This document shows, in pieces, positions 16,383 through 24,748 of a DNA stretch of 27,261 nucleotides. This DNA comes from Candidatus Margulisiibacteriota bacterium. Its GTDB lineage: Bacteria > Margulisbacteria > WOR-1 > O2-12-FULL-45-9. The position numbers and the translations under genes are program-made. Under the pieces are notes generated by a model that had not been told where the DNA came from, ran no database searches, and saw only the letters and a list, made by a program, of their open reading frames with translations. Each line of letters starts with the position of its first letter. The stretch's first letter is position 1. Location of the stretch: the NCBI GenBank assembly GCA_034723395.1, contig JAYEOW010000044.1, positions 1 to 27,261 on the forward strand. Reading direction: 5' to 3'.

Positions 16383-16796
16383 ATGAAAAAAGGTTCTTCG
16401 CTTTTAATAGTTATAACCATAATCTCTGTATTTTTAATACTAGCTGTATTCCTTACCAAAATAGTCTATAATAACTATTCGGCGGTAAGGAATTCCGTTA
16501 TAAGGGAACAGGCATTTTACCTGGCCGAGGCAGGGATTGAAAAGGGAAAGGCTGAGCTTTCACACAACCCTGGATGGTATACGGACCTCCCTTATTATCT
16601 GTCTGATAATGATAAATGGCTTATCGGCTACGCGGTCGGGCAGCAGGAAAACCTGGGTGAAGGAGCTTATAAGATCGTTCGTGAAAAAGGAAAGAACAGA
16701 TTATATTCTATCGGCTATAAAGGAGAGGGGATCGTGGTCTTAAAGCTCACATTTACAAATCCCCCTTTTAAAAACCTGGAATGGTCTGAACTATAA
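16383..16796 (+). CDS. Type IV minor pilin (PilX/GspK-like)
   Basis: KKG|SSLLIV without Glu5; QAFYLAEAGIE motif typical of the PilX N-terminus. Confidence 0.8.
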   Translation: MKKGSSLLIVITIISVFLILAVFLTKIVYNNYSAVRNSVIREQAFYLAEAGIEKGKAELSHNPGWYTDLPYYLSDNDKWLIGYAVGQQENLGEGAYKIVREKGKNRLYSIGYKGEGIVVLKLTFTNPPFKNLEWSEL

Positions 16797-16863
16797 TTCC
16801 TCCCCACCCCCCAAACTCCCTAACAAGACAAGGAGGGGATGAGGAAAAAAAAGGAGAAATAAA

Positions 16864-17223
16864 ATGACAAACTATTTAGTTTTGGGAGTTTCGATATTAC
16901 TTGCAGCCATCGCACAACTTTTAATGAAAAAGGGGATGCTTCTTTTCGGAACGTTTCCGGTCAATCAGATCTTTATTAAAATCTTCCATATTTTCCTAAC
17001 TCCCTATGTTTTTATGGGGCTCGCCTGTTTTGCTTTAAGCTCGGTTTTTTGGCTTTTTGTTCTCTCCAGGCTTGAGCTTAGCCTTGTTTATCCGATGGTA
17101 AGCGTCGCCTATATCCTGGTTGCCCTTGCTTCAATGTTCCTGTTCAAAGAACAGGTAACTTTGATCCGTTGGACGGGAATATTTGTTATCATTTTCGGGG
17201 TTTTTCTAATCTCGCGGAGTTAG
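16864..17223 (+). CDS. SMR/EamA superfamily small membrane protein (ArnE/ArnF-like)
   Basis: Four TM helices, QLLMKKG, LSRLELSLVYPM, FKEQVT..RW.G. Confidence 0.8.
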   Translation: MTNYLVLGVSILLAAIAQLLMKKGMLLFGTFPVNQIFIKIFHIFLTPYVFMGLACFALSSVFWLFVLSRLELSLVYPMVSVAYILVALASMFLFKEQVTLIRWTGIFVIIFGVFLISRS

Positions 17224-17708
17224 TCTTTTTTATAATATTTGGTGAAATCTTCGGGCTTCATGTTCTGGATAAAGTCTTTAAATTTCTTTGTCTCTTCGGC
17301 ATCTTTTTCGGCGTTGATCAGCTTTGCCTGCATCATTACAACCTCTGAAACCATGATCGGAACATGGGTACGCACTGCAATGGCGATTGCGTCCGAAGGA
17401 CGCGAATCGATACTAAGCTTTTTTCCGTCATTTTCTACTTCGATATTAGCGTAGAAGGTCCCATCTTTAATGTCGTTAATAATAACCTTTTGTATCTTCC
17501 CGCCAAGTCTTTCTACGAAAGTCGCAAGCAGGTCATGGGTCATTGGCCGCGGGGGTTTTGTGTTCTGCAGCTCCATCGCGATCGCCGCTGCTTCGAATAC
17601 GCCGATCCAGATCGGCAAAAAGTTCATCTCTTCCTGATCGCGCAAAAGAACTATTGGAGATAGATTGCGGGGGTCAAAACCAAGTCCCCCGACCTGCATT
17701 TCGATCAT
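17220..17708 (-). CDS. Bifunctional nuclease family protein (DUF151)
   Basis: LPIWIGVFEA, PRPMTHDL, IDSRPSDAIAIA, PEDF. Confidence 0.92.
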   Translation of the reverse strand: MIEMQVGGLGFDPRNLSPIVLLRDQEEMNFLPIWIGVFEAAAIAMELQNTKPPRPMTHDLLATFVERLGGKIQKVIINDIKDGTFYANIEVENDGKKLSIDSRPSDAIAIAVRTHVPIMVSEVVMMQAKLINAEKDAEETKKFKDFIQNMKPEDFTKYYKKD

Positions 17709-18055
17709 TAACTTTTAATGGCCTCTAAAATTTTTTCGAAATCTTTAAGGTGGTTAGTTGCCAGGTCGGCCAAGGACCTTCGGTCAAGCCCGATTTTCTT
17801 CTTCTTTAAGGCTGCGATAAATTTGCTGTATGATATTCCTGCCGCTTTCGTAGCCGCGTTTATCCTGACGATCCAAAGGCGCCTCATGGTCCCCTTCTTC
17901 TGCCTTCGATGCCGGGTAGCGTGAACTCCGGCTTTATAAACGGCGATTTTAACCCGCCTGGTTTGGGTCCTTACCGTCCGGCGAAACCCTTTCGCTTTTT
18001 TTCTTACCTTTTTTCTTCTTCTGCGGGCGACAAACCCTCTTTTTACTCTTGGCAT
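17708..18055 (-). CDS. rplT: 50S ribosomal protein L20
   Basis: MPRVKRG, KAKGF, RRLWIVRINAA, SYSKFI, LDRRSLADLA. Confidence 0.96.
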   Translation of the reverse strand: MPRVKRGFVARRRRKKVRKKAKGFRRTVRTQTRRVKIAVYKAGVHATRHRRQKKGTMRRLWIVRINAATKAAGISYSKFIAALKKKKIGLDRRSLADLATNHLKDFEKILEAIKS

Positions 18056-18061
18056 CTTTAA

Positions 18062-18259
18062 CTATCCTCCTGGAAGCATCGCTTTTACGCGGGCAACATC
18101 TGCTTTCGCAACTTGTCCGCCGCGCTTGGTCTGTCTCATCTTTTTTGGCGACTTACACTCTAGAAGATGTCTCCGGTTTGCGTAACTGCGCATGACCTTC
18201 CCTTTTTTTGTTATTCTGAATCTTTTTGCTGCTGCTCTTCTTGTTTTTTGCTTCGGCAT
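18062..18259 (-). CDS. rpmI: 50S ribosomal protein L35
   Basis: MPKQKTRRAAAKRFRITKKGK; position between infC and rplT; SD AAGGAG. Confidence 0.96.
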   Translation of the reverse strand: MPKQKTRRAAAKRFRITKKGKVMRSYANRRHLLECKSPKKMRQTKRGGQVAKADVARVKAMLPGG

Positions 18260-18270
18260 CTTATCTCCTT

Positions 18271-18315
18271 GCCCTGAGTATCTCGACTCACTTCGTTCGC
18301 TCGGTATCGAGGGGC
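18271..18315. repeat. REP-like palindromic element in the infC-rpmI spacer
   Basis: GCCCTGAGTATCTCGACTCACTTCGTTCGCTCGGTATCGAGGGGC; core shared with 11363-11385. Confidence 0.7.
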
Positions 18316-18818
18316 TACTTTGGCGAAATAACTACGAACATATTTTTCCCTATTTTCCTTGGCGGCGCTTCCACCCTTCCCAAATCTCCTACCGCTACGA
18401 TCAATTTCTCCATTACCCTTCTTCCAATATCGACGTAAATATTCTCACGCCCGCGGAAGAACATAGAAACTTTTACCTTACATTTCTTTTCCAGACACTC
18501 TCTGGTCTTCAGCAAACGCACATTAAAATCGTGTTCGGCAATTTTGGGGGAGAGTTTTACCTCTTTTAATACCCCTGCCTTTTGCGATTTACGCGCCTCT
18601 TTTAACTTTTTGTTTAATTCGTACTTCAACTTCCCGTGGTTTGCTATGCGGCAAACTGGGGGGCTGGCGCCCGGAGAGATTAATACCAGATCAAGCCCCC
18701 GATCCCTCGCCAGACTCAAAGCCTCCGGAGTTGGAACAATCCCTAATTGCCCCCCCTGTTCATCGATCAGCCTGACTTCCCGACCTCGGATGCGCTCGTT
18801 AATTATATAGTCTCTAAT
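18315..18818 (-). CDS. infC: Translation initiation factor IF-3 (ATT start, 167 aa)
   Basis: Frame extends upstream of the ORF-track start to ATT AGA GAC TAT ATA ATT AAC GAG CGC ATC (INERI..REVRLID), preceded by SD GGAGG; LDLVLISP, FRGRE. Confidence 0.95.
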   Translation of the reverse strand: MRDYIINERIRGREVRLIDEQGGQLGIVPTPEALSLARDRGLDLVLISPGASPPVCRIANHGKLKYELNKKLKEARKSQKAGVLKEVKLSPKIAEHDFNVRLLKTRECLEKKCKVKVSMFFRGRENIYVDIGRRVMEKLIVAVGDLGRVEAPPRKIGKNMFVVISPK

Positions 18819-18844
18819 ACTAAAAAAACCTCCGTACTCCTTGT

Positions 18845-18873
18845 ATTATAGTCGATTTAGCCCTTATTGTCTA
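18845..18873 (-). promoter_or_regulatory. infC promoter overlapping the thrS 3' end
   Basis: Minus strand TAGACA-17-TATAAT. Confidence 0.6.
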
Positions 18874-20578
18874 TCTCTTTTTGAAGGGTCGAAAGGAAAT
18901 CTTTAAGCTCTTTAGCTCCGAGGTCCCCTTGACTGCGCGAACGGACCGCAACCATTTTCTCGCCCTGCTCTTTATCTCCAATAATCACCATGTAGGGGAT
19001 CTTTTGCAACTGGCCATTTCTAATTTTTGCCCCTATCTTCTCTTTTTTTAGGTTAAGTTCGACCCGAATCCCGTTTTTCCTAAGCTCGCCAGCTACTCTT
19101 TCGGCATATTCGTTATGCCGATCGGCAATTGGGAGGATATTGACCTGAACCGGAGCCAGCCAAAGTGGAAATGCACCGGAAAAATGCTCGATTAACGCGC
19201 CCAAAAATCGCTCCAGACTCCCCAAAATCGCCCGATGGACCATTACCGGCGTCTTTTTTGACGCGTCATCCGCAGTATAGGTTAAGTTGAATCTTTCCGG
19301 TAAGTTAAAGTCTACCTGAACGGTTGGCCCCTGCCACATTCTCCCCAGCGCATCTTTTAATTTAACGTCGATTTTGGGCCCATAGAATACCCCGGCTCCC
19401 GGATCGATCTCAAAGGGCACTTTTTTATCTTTTAGCGCTTTTTGAAGGATTGCGGTGGCTTTCTCCCAATTTTCTTCGGTTCCGGCAAATTTTTCTGGCC
19501 GGGTTGAGAGATTTACTTCGTATTCAAATTTAAAGACTTTCATCACATAATCGATGAATTCGAGAACCGATATAATTTCATCTTCAAGCTGGTCTAAGCG
19601 ACAGAAGATATGGGCGTCGTCCTGGGTAAATCCGCGAACGCGAAGCAACCCATGGAGCACTCCCGATTTTTCGTATCGATAAACCGTTCCGAGTTCAAAA
19701 TAGCGGATCGGCAAGTCACGATAGCTGATCAATCTCCGTTTATAGATCAAGATATGTCCCGGACAATTCATCGGCTTTACGACATAATCTTGCTTATCAA
19801 TTTGCATGAAATACATATTTTCCCGGTAATAATTTGTGTGGCCGGAAGTATTCCAAAGATCTATCTTTGCAATGTGGGGGATAGAAACCAGCTCATAACC
19901 CCTTTTAAGGTTCTCATCCTTCAAAAAGTTTTCCAGCAGATTCTTAACCATCGCCCCTTTAGGGTGATAATATACAAAACCTGTTCCGGCCTCTTCGTGG
20001 ATAGAAAAGAGGTCCAATTCTTTCCCCAGTTTTCGATGGTCTCTCTTTTTCGCCTCCTCCAGACTTTTTAAATACTGGTCGAGCTCTATTTGCGAATTGA
20101 AAGCGGCGCCGTAGATCCGCTGCATCATCGGGTTCCCTTCGATCCCGTGCCAATAAGCGCCAGCAATTGATAAAAGTTTGAATGCTTTGATTTTTCCGGT
20201 CGATTCAACATGCGGTCCGCGGCAAAGGTCGACAAAATCCCCGTTTTTATAAAGGGTGACCCTCCTGTCTTCAATCTCATGGAGCAGCTCAACCTTATAT
20301 TTCTCCCCTTTTTCTTCCATCAATTTAATTGCTTCATCTTTGGGCACTTCAAACCGCTCAAATTTATGGTTCTGGCGGATGATATGCTTCATTTTCTTTT
20401 CGATCTTAGGCAGGTCTTCAGGGGTAATTTGTTCCGGCATCTCAAAATCATAGTAAAAACCGTTCTCAATCGCCGGACCGATCCCAAGCTTTACGCCAGG
20501 AAAAAGCTCAATCACCGCTTGGGCCATAATGTGGGAGGTTGAATGTCTTAGCGTATCAAGACCAGTTTTCTTTGCCAT
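18857..20578 (-). CDS. thrS: Threonine--tRNA ligase (short form lacking the N-terminal TGS domain)
   Basis: RHSTSH, DLCRGPH, RDHRKLG, KPMNCP, RVRGFTQDDAH, FYGPKID, GSLERF. Confidence 0.98.
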   Translation of the reverse strand: MAKKTGLDTLRHSTSHIMAQAVIELFPGVKLGIGPAIENGFYYDFEMPEQITPEDLPKIEKKMKHIIRQNHKFERFEVPKDEAIKLMEEKGEKYKVELLHEIEDRRVTLYKNGDFVDLCRGPHVESTGKIKAFKLLSIAGAYWHGIEGNPMMQRIYGAAFNSQIELDQYLKSLEEAKKRDHRKLGKELDLFSIHEEAGTGFVYYHPKGAMVKNLLENFLKDENLKRGYELVSIPHIAKIDLWNTSGHTNYYRENMYFMQIDKQDYVVKPMNCPGHILIYKRRLISYRDLPIRYFELGTVYRYEKSGVLHGLLRVRGFTQDDAHIFCRLDQLEDEIISVLEFIDYVMKVFKFEYEVNLSTRPEKFAGTEENWEKATAILQKALKDKKVPFEIDPGAGVFYGPKIDVKLKDALGRMWQGPTVQVDFNLPERFNLTYTADDASKKTPVMVHRAILGSLERFLGALIEHFSGAFPLWLAPVQVNILPIADRHNEYAERVAGELRKNGIRVELNLKKEKIGAKIRNGQLQKIPYMVIIGDKEQGEKMVAVRSRSQGDLGAKELKDFLSTLQKEIDNKG

Positions 20579-20620
20579 GATGGGGAATAGTATATCATGC
20601 GAGGAAAGCGCAAGTAAAGT

Positions 20621-21763
20621 TTAAGCTAAAACACTCTCCCGTGACCACTTGTCTGCCGCCAGGATATCGTCAAGGTTTGGACCCTCTTTATTCTGGTGCT
20701 TGTCCATTATCTCTTTTATTTTTTGGGGGAATTGTGCAAAGTTAATCTTTCCCTTAAAGAATAACTTTACTGCCTCTTCATTTGCCGCATTTAAAACTGC
20801 GGGTAAAGTTCCGCCGGCATTGCCTGCATCATAAGCGTACTGCAAGCAAGGGAACTTCTGTTTATCCGACTGAAGGAAGGTCATTTGTGAGATTTTCGAA
20901 AAACTCAACCGGCTCCAGTGATTAGCTGCTCTTTTATGTTCAAGCAGCGCGTATTGAATAGGAACCCGCATGTCGGGAGCGCCCAATTGCGCCTTAATCG
21001 ACCCATCGACAAACTCGACCATAGAGTGAATAATGCTTTGCGGGTGGACAACAACTTCGATCTTTGAATAGTCCAGGTCGAAAAGATGATGTGCTTCGAT
21101 AACTTCAAATCCTTTGTTCATTAAGGTCGCGGAATCGATCGTGATCTTTGGCCCCATCTTCCAGGTCGGATGTTTTAACGCTTCCTTAGCAGTAAGCGAA
21201 GCAAATTTTTCGGCCGGTGTTTTTAGAAACGGCCCGCCGGAAGCAGTGAGAATAATTTTTGCGATCGTATTGTTATCTTCTCCCTGCAGACATTGCACAA
21301 TGGCGCTATGCTCAGAATCGATCGGATAAACTTTTACTCCGGCCTCTTTGACCGCACTCATAAAAATGTCGCCGGCCGTGACCAGAACTTCTTTGGTTGC
21401 TAATGCAATATCTTTTTTGGCTTTAACCGCTTCAAGCACCGGAACCAGAGAAAGCGATCCGGGGATCGCGGCAACGACCATTTTCGCCTCGGGAATGGTT
21501 GCGACCCTGGTTAACCCTTCCTGCCCGGTTAGAATTTGGACTTTTGAGGGGCCGAGTTTTTGCTCTACTTTTTGTTTTACATCTTCACTTAGAACGGATG
21601 CTATCTTTGGGGAGAATTTCTTGATCTGCCCAACAATAAGGTCGACTTCGTCCTTTGCCGCTAAAGCGACCACGGTTAAACTGCTGGGGAAGATAGAAAC
21701 AATTTCTAAGGCCTGTTTACCAATTGATCCGGTCGAGCCTAAAATCGCTAATCCTTTTTTCAT
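20621..21763 (-). CDS. dxr: 1-deoxy-D-xylulose 5-phosphate reductoisomerase
   Basis: ILGSTGSIG, LATKE, PIDSEH, TASGGPF, HPTWKMGPKITIDSATLMNKG; start reassigned to MKKGLAIL at 21763. Confidence 0.97.
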   Translation of the reverse strand: MKKGLAILGSTGSIGKQALEIVSIFPSSLTVVALAAKDEVDLIVGQIKKFSPKIASVLSEDVKQKVEQKLGPSKVQILTGQEGLTRVATIPEAKMVVAAIPGSLSLVPVLEAVKAKKDIALATKEVLVTAGDIFMSAVKEAGVKVYPIDSEHSAIVQCLQGEDNNTIAKIILTASGGPFLKTPAEKFASLTAKEALKHPTWKMGPKITIDSATLMNKGFEVIEAHHLFDLDYSKIEVVVHPQSIIHSMVEFVDGSIKAQLGAPDMRVPIQYALLEHKRAANHWSRLSFSKISQMTFLQSDKQKFPCLQYAYDAGNAGGTLPAVLNAANEEAVKLFFKGKINFAQFPQKIKEIMDKHQNKEGPNLDDILAADKWSRESVLA

Positions 21764-21821
21764 GGTAGACATATTATAACACATGAGACTTAATGGTATA
21801 ATAACGGCAGAGGTGCATAGC

Positions 21822-23675
21822 ATGAAAAAACTTATAAAATGGGGCTCAATAATTGTTGGTTCTCTTATCGGTTTGCTAACCATTGCCGCAATCGCCTTCC
21901 CTTTTGTCTTCCCGCTCGAAAAAATCAAGGAGATAGCAACTAAGCAGATTTCCGAAACCATTAACCGGGAAGTGACGATCGAAAAAGTCTCTTTTAATAT
22001 ACTTAAGGGGATCAGCCTGGAAAAACTCTCGATCAGTAACCGCCGCGGATTCGCCCGCAAGCCTTTTGTCTCTGCCGACGCCATCATCCTGCGCTACGCT
22101 TTCTGGCCGCTCTTTAAGCGGCAGGTACTGGTAAAAGAGCTCCGCCTGGAAAAACCGGAGATTTTGATCGAAAAGTCTGCCGGCGGCGCTTACAACTTCT
22201 CCGATATGACTCAGCAGCGAAGACGCCCTGCACCCAAGAAAAAAGAAGAAAAAGCCCCTCCTTTTTCTCTGATCATCGACACCTTTACTATTCGCAACGG
22301 AAAAATTATCTATTCTGACCATGGAACGAGAACCAGCAGCGAACTTAAGGATGTTAAGCTAACCGTTTCCGACATCACACTTGCGCTAATTAAGCCGATC
22401 GGTCTCGACTTCTCGTCGACCGCCGTCTTTAAAGAAAAAGATATCCCCCTATCGCTTAAAGGCCAGGTCGAAACAAACTTAAAAGAGAACAAATTCAACC
22501 TCCCGTCGCTTTCGCTGTCAATCGCCGGTGAGAAAGCGAATATTTCTGCTGCCGTATCAAACCTTAAATATGGACCCAATATTAATCTTTCGATTACTTC
22601 AAACAGCCTAACTTTAGATCCGCTCCTCGCCATTTTTTCTGCCGGCGCTACGAAGAAAAAAGAAAAGCTCCCCTATGGAGTCGCTACAAAAAATCTCAGT
22701 CGAACATTAGCCAGCCTCCCTTCACGACTAAAGCTTACTGGAAATATCAATATTCGAAATTTAAAATTCCAAGAAGTTAAGGTCGATAAGGTCAATATCG
22801 GCGTTAGTGTGGCCAACAAAATTCTTAACGCTGATTTAAAAGAAATTAAGGCTTTTAGCGGTACCCTTTCTGGCAAGGCCAGAATTAACCTTGCCGCCCA
22901 TGGTCTCTCCTATAATGTAAGCACTTTAAAGCTCGACAATTTAAACGCAGCTCCTTTTTCAAACGCAATGGTCGAGACCTTCCTGACCAAGCTTTCTAAT
23001 TACAAAGATCTAACCAATAAAGTATATGGAACATTAAGCGCCCGCCTCATCCTTTCTGGTCGGGGGATTGAAGTACAAGATATTATGAAAAACACTTCGG
23101 CGCGAGGTTCTTTCCGGCTGGTTGATGGCGAGCTAAAAAGACTTAAAACCATCGACGCGATTGCCGAGAAAATTAAAACCCCTGGGCTCAAACAAGACCT
23201 TAAAATATCCGATCTTTCTGCCGGGTTCACCTACCAAAATCAGGTCGTAAACATTAAAGACCTCGCCTTAATAGATCACGATATCCAGATGGGCTTCGAT
23301 GGAGGGATTAATTTGGCTAGTAAAACTTATGTCTCAGGAAATCGCTTAACCATCAAGGCTTCGCCGCGTTCGACTAAGGGATTATCGAGGGAATATAACC
23401 TGTTGCGCGACGATAAAGGGTGGCTGGAGATGACCTTTGAACTCCGCGGATCGCTGAAAAAGCCGATCCCTTTCCCGATCCTCGCAAAGGCCTTTGAAAA
23501 AGGGGTAGAAAAAGCGAAAACTAAGGTTCAAGAAAAAGCTCAGGAAGAAATAGATAAGACAAAGGCAGCTGCACAAAAGAAGGCCGAAGAAGAGAAGAAA
23601 AGACTTGAGGAAGAGGCCAAGCAAAAGCTAAAAGAAGAAGCCGAGAAAAAAGCAAAAGAATTATTCAAGTTCTGA
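21822..23675 (+). CDS. AsmA family protein
   Basis: N-terminal TM anchor, repeated beta segments, AsmA-like C-terminal region, K/E-rich tail; SD GAGGTG before ATG 21822. Confidence 0.85.
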   Translation: MKKLIKWGSIIVGSLIGLLTIAAIAFPFVFPLEKIKEIATKQISETINREVTIEKVSFNILKGISLEKLSISNRRGFARKPFVSADAIILRYAFWPLFKRQVLVKELRLEKPEILIEKSAGGAYNFSDMTQQRRRPAPKKKEEKAPPFSLIIDTFTIRNGKIIYSDHGTRTSSELKDVKLTVSDITLALIKPIGLDFSSTAVFKEKDIPLSLKGQVETNLKENKFNLPSLSLSIAGEKANISAAVSNLKYGPNINLSITSNSLTLDPLLAIFSAGATKKKEKLPYGVATKNLSRTLASLPSRLKLTGNINIRNLKFQEVKVDKVNIGVSVANKILNADLKEIKAFSGTLSGKARINLAAHGLSYNVSTLKLDNLNAAPFSNAMVETFLTKLSNYKDLTNKVYGTLSARLILSGRGIEVQDIMKNTSARGSFRLVDGELKRLKTIDAIAEKIKTPGLKQDLKISDLSAGFTYQNQVVNIKDLALIDHDIQMGFDGGINLASKTYVSGNRLTIKASPRSTKGLSREYNLLRDDKGWLEMTFELRGSLKKPIPFPILAKAFEKGVEKAKTKVQEKAQEEIDKTKAAAQKKAEEEKKRLEEEAKQKLKEEAEKKAKELFKF

Positions 23676-23698
23676 GTTCCTTACCAATCAAGGAAGAC

Positions 23699-23726
23699 GC
23701 AAGTTTTCCCGTCATAAACTCGATAT
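23699..23726 (+). promoter_or_regulatory. Putative sigma28-like promoter
   Basis: GCAAGTTTTCCCGTCATAAACTCGATAT; same spacing as the motif at 179-209 (minus). Confidence 0.4.
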
Positions 23727-23747
23727 ATATAGTAGAGGGTGAGCAAC

Positions 23748-24029
23748 ATGAAAAAATGGATTGCCGCTATCTTAATAATCGGGTTTTTTGCCGGCCAGGG
23801 AACCTTTGCTTCCCCGCTAAATTACAGCGTAAAAGAGCTTTATGCCAATCCTACCGAAAATTCCAGGCTTATCTATAAAATACCGGTCGAAGTCACCCTA
23901 TTAGATGTATCCGAAAATGCCAACTGGCACAAGGTAAAGATCTCCTACAATGTCGGGCCCTTCCGCTACGAGTATGTCGGATGGGTCCAAATTCCAATTG
24001 GTAAAACCATCAACCTTGCCTCTTTTTAA
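23748..24029 (+). CDS. Small exported protein, SH3b-like
   Basis: Signal peptide; LYANPTENSRLI...VTLLDVS...WHKVKI...GWV pattern. Confidence 0.65.
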   Translation: MKKWIAAILIIGFFAGQGTFASPLNYSVKELYANPTENSRLIYKIPVEVTLLDVSENANWHKVKISYNVGPFRYEYVGWVQIPIGKTINLASF

Positions 24030-24053
24030 TCCTACTGTTATAATTCTTATAAC

Positions 24054-24566
24054 GTGAAAAATGAATTAATTAAGCTTTTCAAGGATACAGGCGCCTTTAG
24101 GGTCGGGGATTTTACCCTCTCTTCCGGAAAAAAGAGTGATTTTTACGTTGATTGCCGCAAAATTTCCCTGCACCCCCAAGGGGCAAAATTGATCGCAAAG
24201 ATCATTCTGGAAAAGATTAAGGGGCTTAAGGTCGACTCTATCGGAGGGTTAACCCTAGGAGCAGACCCCATCACTTCTGCGGTTGTGACGCTTAGCAATA
24301 TTCCCGGCTTTATTGTCAGAAAAAAAGAAAAATCGCACGGAACCCAGCAGAAAATTGAGGGCCTGATCGCTCCCGGGCAGAATGTCGTAGTTGTGGAAGA
24401 CGTTGCGACAACCGGGGCTTCCGCCCTGCAGGCAATCGAAGCAGCTGAGGCCGCCGGCGCAAAAGTTGTAAAGGTAATTTCTGTTGTCGACCGCGAAGAA
24501 GGCGCAGTTGGAGCCCTTAAAAACTACGACTTCGACCCCATCTTGAAAAAGTCCGACCTTCTTTGA
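24054..24566 (+). CDS. pyrE: Orotate phosphoribosyltransferase
   Basis: FTLSSGKKSDFYVDCR, RKKEKSHG, VVVVEDVATTGAS, VDREEG. Confidence 0.95.
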   Translation: MKNELIKLFKDTGAFRVGDFTLSSGKKSDFYVDCRKISLHPQGAKLIAKIILEKIKGLKVDSIGGLTLGADPITSAVVTLSNIPGFIVRKKEKSHGTQQKIEGLIAPGQNVVVVEDVATTGASALQAIEAAEAAGAKVVKVISVVDREEGAVGALKNYDFDPILKKSDLL

Positions 24567-24582
24567 TATACTAGTAAAGTAA

Positions 24583-24655
24583 GCCCGTGTAGCTCAGTTG
24601 GCAGAGCATTTCCATGGTAAGGAAAAGGTCGCCGGTTCAATTCCGGCCGCGGGCT
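24583..24655 (+). tRNA. tRNA-Thr(GGT), CCA not encoded
   Basis: Acceptor GCCCGTG/CGCGGGC, D-arm GCTC/GAGC, anticodon arm TTTCC-ATGGTAA-GGAAA, T-arm GCCGG-TTCAATT-CCGGC; upstream of tuf as in thrT-tuf loci. Confidence 0.97.
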
Positions 24656-24663
24656 TAGATTGC

Positions 24664-24694
24664 TTGACAACCCCCGGGGGTAATGTAGTATAAT
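24664..24694 (+). promoter_or_regulatory. tuf promoter with a 19-bp spacer containing a palindrome
   Basis: TTGACA (24664-24669), ACCCCCGGGGGT, TATAAT (24689-24694). Confidence 0.6.
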
Positions 24695-24748
24695 GCTTCG
24701 TTGTTCGTAAAAGTCGGAACAAAAATATTTTTTTAGGAGGAAAAAGAA

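Noticed and set aside
20579..20620. T-box or thrS operator leader
   Set aside because: The 42-bp spacer is filled by a promoter, leaving no room for a structured leader.
21764..22087. 108-aa N-terminal extension of Dxr
   Set aside because: Antisense to asmA and crosses both promoters; Dxr homology starts at 21763.
23500..23675. A-rich quasi-repeats at the asmA 3' end
   Set aside because: Explained by a Lys/Glu/Ala-rich helical tail; not a DNA-level repeat.
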